DNA of 64,000 bases from Arthrobacter sp. (GTDB lineage: Bacteria > Actinomycetota > Actinomycetes > Actinomycetales > Micrococcaceae), in NCBI GenBank assembly GCA_034376805.1, contig JAXMJF010000063.1, positions 58,600 to 122,599 on the forward strand, written 5' to 3'. Position 1 is the first letter of the stretch, and each line of letters begins with the position of its first letter. Position numbers and translations under genes: made by a program. This document shows, in pieces, positions 58,678 through 64,000 of this stretch. The notes beneath the pieces are model-generated. The model saw only the letters and a list, made by a program, of their open reading frames with translations, did no database searches and had not been told where the DNA came from.

Positions 58678-60147
58678 TCAGCGTACGCCGCCCATGAGCT
58701 TCTTGATCGCCGGCGAGGCCGCAGCCAGGCCTACAGCCAGCAGCATGGCGGTGCCGCCGATGCCGATGAAGTAGGGCATCTCGTCCTCCGGGTTGTACAG
58801 GCCGGACAGGATGCCGGCCAGCGTGGTGCCCAACGACACCGAGAGGAAGAACAGCGCCACCATCTGGGTGCGGAAGGCCGCCGGGGCCAGCTTGGTGGTC
58901 ACGGACAGGCCGATGGGGGACAGGAACAGTTCCGCGAGCGTGAACAGGAACAGGATCCCCACCAGTGCCAGCAGCGGGGTCTTGCCGTCCCCGGCGAGCG
59001 GGATGAAGGCCAGGAATGCCAGGCCCATCACAAAAAGGCCGATCGAGAACTTCAGTGCCGAGCCGGGCTGTTTGCGGCCCAGGCGGGTCCAGAGGGCAGC
59101 CATCACGCCGGCGAAGATGATGATGAACACCGGGTTGATGGACTGGACCCAGGCGGCCGGCATTTCCCAGCCGAACAGGTTCCGGTCCAGCTTCTCCTCC
59201 GAGTACACGGCGATGAAGGTGAACTGCTGCTGGAACAGCGCCCAGAACGCGGCGGAGGCGATGTACAGCGGGATGAATGCGGCCACCCGGCGGCGTTCGG
59301 TCCCGTCGACCTTCTTGCTGGTGAAGATCAGGACGAAGTAGAGCACGGACGCGCCGATGGCCGCGTAGGCCATGGACATGGCCAGGTTTTCGGCATTGAC
59401 GATGCCGGTGGCCAGCAGCACGGCGATGACCGCGGCGATGCCGGCGAAGCGGAGGCCGTATTTGGTGCGCTCGGCGGCGGGCAGCGGGTTGTGCACCCGG
59501 TGCGCCTCCTCCGGCAGGTTCTTGCGGCCCAGCGCGTAGATGACCAGGCCCACGGCCATGCCGACGGCGGCGGCGCCGAAGCCCCAGTGGAACCCGTGGC
59601 TTTCCTGCAGCCAGCCGGTGACCAGCGGGCCGATCAGCGCGCCGGCGTTAATGCCCATGTAGAAGATGGAGAATCCGGCGTCGCGGCGTTCGTCCTTCTC
59701 CCGGTAGAGGCTTCCGACCAGGGCGGTGGCGTTGGCCTTCAGGCCGCCGGAGCCGACGCCGACGAGCACCAGGCCCGCGATCAGGCCGGGAATGCCCGGC
59801 ACGACGGCGAGGGCGATGTGGCCGGCCATGATCAGGATGGCGGAGCCGAACAGCACCTTTTCCGAACCGAAGAGCCGGTCGGCGAGCCAGGCTCCGAGGA
59901 TGGTGGAGAGGTAGACGCCGCCGCCGTACGCGCCGACGAGGCCGGCAGCCAGGCCCTGCTCGATTCCCAGACCGCCCTCGGCGGCCGTGAAGTACATGTA
60001 GTAGAGCAGGATGCCCTGCATGCCGTAGAACGAGAAGCGCTCCCACATCTCTACGGAGAAGAGGCTGGCCAGCATCTTTGGGTGGCCGAAAAAGGATGTA
60101 TCGCCCGGCGTTGTAGCGGGGGGATCGGATAAATGAGTAGTGCTCAT
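58678..60147 (-). CDS. POT/PTR2-family di-/tripeptide:H+ symporter
   Basis: FSVEMWERFSFYGMQGILLYYM PTR2 signature. Confidence 0.9.
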   Translation of the reverse strand: MSTTHLSDPPATTPGDTSFFGHPKMLASLFSVEMWERFSFYGMQGILLYYMYFTAAEGGLGIEQGLAAGLVGAYGGGVYLSTILGAWLADRLFGSEKVLFGSAILIMAGHIALAVVPGIPGLIAGLVLVGVGSGGLKANATALVGSLYREKDERRDAGFSIFYMGINAGALIGPLVTGWLQESHGFHWGFGAAAVGMAVGLVIYALGRKNLPEEAHRVHNPLPAAERTKYGLRFAGIAAVIAVLLATGIVNAENLAMSMAYAAIGASVLYFVLIFTSKKVDGTERRRVAAFIPLYIASAAFWALFQQQFTFIAVYSEEKLDRNLFGWEMPAAWVQSINPVFIIIFAGVMAALWTRLGRKQPGSALKFSIGLFVMGLAFLAFIPLAGDGKTPLLALVGILFLFTLAELFLSPIGLSVTTKLAPAAFRTQMVALFFLSVSLGTTLAGILSGLYNPEDEMPYFIGIGGTAMLLAVGLAAASPAIKKLMGGVR

Positions 60148-60294
60148 TTACTTAATGCTGACAGTGTGACGCGCGATTGTCACATTCGCGGCGGCCCGGG
60201 GCAAGCCCCCGTTGCGCTATCACTATTGGCTGCTAAGGACCCGGAATAGCAGCTAAAAGTGATGGCGCAACCTGGGGGCGGGCGGGGTCCGGGG

Positions 60295-61407
60295 CTAGCC
60301 GGCGTCGAACATGATGACCTGGCGGACCGCTTTCCCGTCGGCCAGCTGGTCCATGGCCTGGTTGATGTCCGCCAGGGCGATGCGCGCCGAGATCAGTTCC
60401 TCAACCGGGAGTTTCCCTTCCCGCCAGAGCTGGGCGTACTTGGGAATGTCCCGGGACGGCACCGCGGAGCCAAGGTAGCTGCCGACGATGGTCCGGGCCT
60501 CGGCCGTGATGGTCAGCGGCGAGATCTGCGCGCGGGCGTCCGGGTGCGGCAGGCCCGCGGTGATCGTGGTTCCGCCCACCGCCGTGGCGGCGAAGGCGGT
60601 TTCGAAGGCGCGCGGGTTCCCGGCACATTCGATCACGTACCTGGCCTTGACGCCTTCCTCCAGCACCTGCTGCGGGGTATACGTTTCGTGGGCGCCCAGG
60701 CGGCGGGCGTGCTCCAGTTTTTCCTCCAGCGTGTCCACGGCCACGATCCGCGAGACACCCTGGGAAACCGCCGTGATCAGCGCTGCCATGCCGACGCCGC
60801 CCAGGCCCACAATCATGACGCTGTCCTGCGGCCGGGGCCGGGCCGCGTTGAGGACGGCACCGCCTCCGGTCAGGACGGCGCAGCCCAGGACGGCGGCGAC
60901 GTCCGCCGGGATGTCATCGTCGACCGGCACGGCCGAGGCGCGGTCCACCACGGCGTGGGTGGCGAAGCCGGAAACGCCCAAGTGGTGGTAGATCTTTTCG
61001 CCGCCGCGGTCCAGTCGCATCGATCCGTGCAGGAGCGTCCCGTCGCCGTTGCTCTTCGACCCCGCGGTGCAGGGGAGCCGGCCGTCTTCGGCGCAGTTAG
61101 CGCACTGTTCGCAGCGGGGCAGAAAGGACATCACCACGCGCTGGCCCGGCACGAGGTCCGTGACCTCCGAGCCGACCTCGACGACGCGTCCGGCGGCCTC
61201 GTGCCCCAGCAGCATCGGCACCGGGCGGACCCGGTTGCCGTCCACAACACTCAGGTCCGAGTGGCAGATGCCGGCGGCCTCGATCCGCACCAGGATCTCG
61301 GTGGGGCCGGGGCCCTCCAGCTCCAGCTCGGAGATGGTGATGGGCCGGGAGTCCGCGAACGGACGGGAGCGGCCGATTTCCTCAAGTACTGCACCGGTGA
61401 TCTTCAT
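60295..61407 (-). CDS. Zn-dependent alcohol dehydrogenase (MDR superfamily)
   Basis: GICHSD, GHEAAG, structural-Zn CEQCANCAEDGRLPC, VGLGGVG cofactor loop. Confidence 0.9.
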   Translation of the reverse strand: MKITGAVLEEIGRSRPFADSRPITISELELEGPGPTEILVRIEAAGICHSDLSVVDGNRVRPVPMLLGHEAAGRVVEVGSEVTDLVPGQRVVMSFLPRCEQCANCAEDGRLPCTAGSKSNGDGTLLHGSMRLDRGGEKIYHHLGVSGFATHAVVDRASAVPVDDDIPADVAAVLGCAVLTGGGAVLNAARPRPQDSVMIVGLGGVGMAALITAVSQGVSRIVAVDTLEEKLEHARRLGAHETYTPQQVLEEGVKARYVIECAGNPRAFETAFAATAVGGTTITAGLPHPDARAQISPLTITAEARTIVGSYLGSAVPSRDIPKYAQLWREGKLPVEELISARIALADINQAMDQLADGKAVRQVIMFDAG

Positions 61408-61497
61408 CGATCCCTCTCGTGTGGGTTCCAGCCCTTGTGGTTTCGGGCCGGCGGCGTTTCAAGGGTGGACAAGTCCACCGTACAACTGCACCCCATG

Positions 61498-62937
61498 CTA
61501 GAACCCCAGCTGCGTTGCCAGCTGCAGCAGCAGCGCCTCGGAGCCCATCGGCCCGATCAGCTGGATGCCCATCGGCAGTCCGGCACCCTTGGCCCCGCCG
61601 GTCCAGTGCACCGGGATGCTGATCGCGGGCAGCCCGCATACGTTCACCATGGACGACCAGGGCGCGTATTCGCACTGCTTGCGGTAGTCGCCGTCGGCAT
61701 CCCCGGTCCAGTCGGCCGCCGGCCAGTAGCCGTCGCCGTGGGCCGCCCCGGTGAACCAGCCCACCGGGCGGGGCGTCTGGGCCAGCGCCGGCATGAGCAT
61801 CAGGTCCCAGGCGGCGTACTGGGCGATGGTGTCGCGCTGGAACTGGCGCAGGAACCCGACGGATTCGGCGAGTTTCGCGGGCCCGCGCTGCTGCGCACGG
61901 CGCCGGAACGTGCGTGTCAGCGGGGTCAGGAGGGCCTCGCGCTGCGGAACGATCCGGGCATCCCCGACGGCGGCGGTCCAGGCCGTGGTGAAGGCGGCCG
62001 GGTAGCGGTTGTCGTAGCGGATGGAGGCGTCCGAGGTTTGGTGGCCGGCCGCCTCCAGCAGCCGGATGCCTTCGGCGAGGGCGTCGAGCGCCTCGGGGTC
62101 CGGGGTGAAGGGGAAGATCGTCTGCCACGGACTCGCCAGGCTCACGCCGATCCGCAGACTGGGCGGGTCCTGGGCGGCGAGTTCCAAATAGGGGGGAGAA
62201 GACCCGGCAAACGGAACCGCGGGGCCGGGCACCATCGCATCGAGCAGCAAGGCGGCGTCCGCCGCGGAGCGGGCCAGCGGTCCGGACACGACCAGGCCCG
62301 CGGGGTCGCCGGTACTTTCGCCCGTGGGAACCAGCCCGCGGCCGGGCTTCAGGCCCACGAGCCCGCACGCGGCGGCCGGAATGCGGACCGAACCGCCGCC
62401 GTCAGACCCGGGCGCAAAGGGAATCAGCCCGGCGGCCACCGCCGCGGCGCTGCCGCCGGTGGATCCTCCCGAGCTGCGGCTGAGGGCGTGCGGGTTTCTT
62501 GAGGGCGGCGCGATCCGGTTCTCGCTGTAGGCCGTCAGCCCGAACTCCGGGACCTGGGTCTTGCCCAGCGACACGACACCCCCGGCCTTGAGTGTGGCGA
62601 CCAGGGCGCCGTCCGTCAGTGCCGGCTTGTGGTCCAGGGCGGCGCTGCCGTGGGTGGTGACAACTCCGGCGACGTCCGTGAGGTCTTTGAAGGCCACCGG
62701 CATGCCGTGCAGCAGCGGCAGTTCGGTCCCGTCCCGGGTGGCCCGGGCGTGCGCCCCGTCCGCTGCGGTTGCGCCCAGCAGCGCCTGTTCGGCGGTGACG
62801 GTGATAAACGCGCCGAGGTGCGGGTTTTCGGCGGCGATGCGGTCCAGGAAATGCCCGGTGGCCTGCCGCGAGGACAGTTCGCCGGAGCGGAGGGCGTCGC
62901 GGAGGTCCACGGCGGAGAGTTCGTGGATCTCAGCCAC
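61498..62937 (-). CDS. Amidase (amidase-signature family)
   Basis: GGSTGGSAAAVA and GSDGGGSVRIPA signature. GTG 62937 gives the family-typical N-terminus (AEIHELSAVDLRDALRSGELS). The 644-aa track ORF runs through the upstream repeats and into the opposite gene. Confidence 0.85.
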   Translation of the reverse strand: MAEIHELSAVDLRDALRSGELSSRQATGHFLDRIAAENPHLGAFITVTAEQALLGATAADGAHARATRDGTELPLLHGMPVAFKDLTDVAGVVTTHGSAALDHKPALTDGALVATLKAGGVVSLGKTQVPEFGLTAYSENRIAPPSRNPHALSRSSGGSTGGSAAAVAAGLIPFAPGSDGGGSVRIPAAACGLVGLKPGRGLVPTGESTGDPAGLVVSGPLARSAADAALLLDAMVPGPAVPFAGSSPPYLELAAQDPPSLRIGVSLASPWQTIFPFTPDPEALDALAEGIRLLEAAGHQTSDASIRYDNRYPAAFTTAWTAAVGDARIVPQREALLTPLTRTFRRRAQQRGPAKLAESVGFLRQFQRDTIAQYAAWDLMLMPALAQTPRPVGWFTGAAHGDGYWPAADWTGDADGDYRKQCEYAPWSSMVNVCGLPAISIPVHWTGGAKGAGLPMGIQLIGPMGSEALLLQLATQLGF

Positions 62938-62967
62938 AGTGGCTCGGCTCCCAGGGGTTTCCGGACT

Positions 62968-63163
62968 GCCGCTCCGGGGGACATGTCCAGTGGTGGCGCG
63001 GCCGGGTGGACATGGTGGCATTGTGCCCGGTCTTTGTGGCCGGGGGAGGGCATGTCCCGTGGGTGGGGGCGAGCCGCTCCGGGGGACATGTCCAGTGCTG
63101 GCGCGGGCGGGTGGACATGGTGGCATTGTGCCCGGTCTTTGTGGCCGGAGGAGGGCATGTCCC
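62968..63163. repeat. 105-bp tandem direct repeat, ~1.9 copies, rich in GGACATGTCC-type palindromes
   Basis: 62968-63058 vs 63073-63163 differ at 3 positions in 91 by hand alignment; each unit has GGACATGTCC, GGACATGG and GGGCATGTCCC. Confidence 0.85.
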
Positions 63164-63321
63164 CGAATGCCGGGAGCGGGCAGCGGGAATCGTGTGACGG
63201 TGAGCTGCCGTGGATCTCCTGTGCGCCATGCCAGAAGCGTAACCTGCAGCCGGGTAGGGGTGTGGCAATGGCGGCTGGCGATACGCTGGGAGCAGACCAT
63301 GCATTCTGCGGAAGGACGACC

Positions 63322-63648
63322 ATGAGCGACTTTGACACCGTGACCGTGTCCGACATCCCTGAAGGGGCCAGGATCCTCGATGTCCGCGAAGACTACGAGT
63401 GGGTCGCGGGCCACGCCGCCGGGGCGCTGCACATCCCCCTTGACCAGCTCCCGGCCCGCCTCGAGGAGCTCGATCCCGACGAGGACCTCTACGTTATCTG
63501 CCGCACCGGGGGACGCTCTTTCCGCGCCGCCCAGTGGCTCTCCGGGCAGGGGTATTCCGCCCTGAACGTGGCCGGCGGTATGGACCAGTGGCTGGAAACC
63601 GGAATGCCGCTGGTGTCCGACAACGGACTCAAGCCCGTCATCCTGTAG
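63322..63648 (+). CDS. Single-domain rhodanese-like sulfurtransferase
   Basis: ATG after GAAGGA; active-site loop CRTGGRS. Confidence 0.85.
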   Translation: MSDFDTVTVSDIPEGARILDVREDYEWVAGHAAGALHIPLDQLPARLEELDPDEDLYVICRTGGRSFRAAQWLSGQGYSALNVAGGMDQWLETGMPLVSDNGLKPVIL

Positions 63649-63666
63649 TTGAAGAAAGAAGCGCCG

Positions 63667-64000
63667 ATGCCCGCATCACCCGTCACGTACACCTTCCTCG
63701 GACCTGCGGGCACCTTCACCGAGGCCGCCTTGATGCAGGTTCCCGGTGCCGCGGACGCCATCCGCGTTCCGTCGACGAACGTCAACACGGCGCTGGACAA
63801 GGTCCGCGACGGCTCGGCGGACGCGGCCATGGTGCCGATCGAGAACTCCGTGGAGGGCGGCGTCACAGCCACCCTGGACGCCATCGCCACCGGCCAGGAA
63901 CTGCGGATCCTGCGCGAGGCCCTCGTTCCGATCAGCTTCGTGCTGGTGGCCCGGCCCGGAACCCGGATCAAAGACATCCGCCGGATCTCCACCCACAGCC
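63667..64000 (+). CDS. pheA: Prephenate dehydratase (3' end outside window)
   Basis: TYTFLGPAGTFTEAA and VPIENSVEGGV motifs; frame open to window edge; absent from ORF track because no stop is reached. Confidence 0.8.
   Translation, partial: MPASPVTYTFLGPAGTFTEAALMQVPGAADAIRVPSTNVNTALDKVRDGSADAAMVPIENSVEGGVTATLDAIATGQELRILREALVPISFVLVARPGTRIKDIRRISTHS

Noticed and set aside
60165-60184. TGTGA...TCACA as a CRP/GlxR site
   Set aside because: The pentamers are separated by 10 nt, not the 6 nt of the CRP-family consensus. It is kept only as a generic inverted repeat.
63006-63197. 63-aa ORF with the internally repeated peptide VDMVALCPVFVAGGGHVP (and the mirror ORFs 62930..63304 and 62616..63356 on the minus strand)
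   Set aside because: The repetition is a by-product of the 105-bp (35-codon) tandem DNA repeat. There is no RBS, and several overlapping frames are equally open. A Cys-containing leader peptide cannot be fully excluded.

Overview
High-GC (about two-thirds G+C by eye) actinobacterial chromosome; the proteins look Micrococcaceae/Arthrobacter-like, which is inference only. About 62 protein-coding genes are tightly packed, many with 4-8 nt start/stop overlaps. I found no rRNA, tRNA, CRISPR array, transposase, integrase or prophage genes. Gene starts were refined by hand from the ORF track using in-frame ATG/GTG/TTG codons and upstream GGAG-type ribosome-binding sites. Many long ORFs in the track are antisense or alternate-frame artefacts of high GC.

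Main blocks:
1. 2-2396: aromatic-acid MFS transporter plus a 3-hydroxybenzoate-6-hydroxylase-like enzyme.
2. 3942-14026: a nine-gene cluster (IclR, P450, split PEP-synthase-like pair, SDR, ferredoxin, ferredoxin reductase, HD phosphohydrolase, aldehyde dehydrogenase). It is colinear with the Corynebacterium glutamicum cre (4-cresol phosphorylation/P450) pathway.
3. 15002-17937: a secreted DUF2202 protein divergent from an OmpR/HK two-component system.
4. 18034-23171: a six-gene minus-strand copper-type operon (MFS, two unknown membrane proteins, CopC, PCuAC, Tat-DyP).
5. 24352-31008: a ribose/deoxyribose-type operon containing an in-frame permease::binding-protein fusion and deoC.
6. 31052-33637: a 5'-truncated BASS gene, then MerR-SulP with a 19-bp-spacer promoter.
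7. 35122-36228: an orphan 368-aa RelA/SpoT-domain protein.
8. The rest is ion transport (TrkH/TrkA, NhaA) and housekeeping or stress genes.

Non-coding signals:
- Two copies of a ~65-bp palindromic REP-like element sit at convergent gene ends.
- A 105-bp tandem duplication full of GGACATGTCC-type palindromes lies between the amidase and rhodanese genes.
- There are several long hairpins, plus LacI-type, IclR-type and response-regulator-type candidate operators.

I do not see an unambiguous, wholly novel multi-gene system. The best candidates for follow-up are the RelA/SpoT protein (possible fused toxSAS), the cre-like cluster in its gentisate context, the RbsC::RbsB fusion, the copper operon with unknown membrane proteins, and the tandem repeat.
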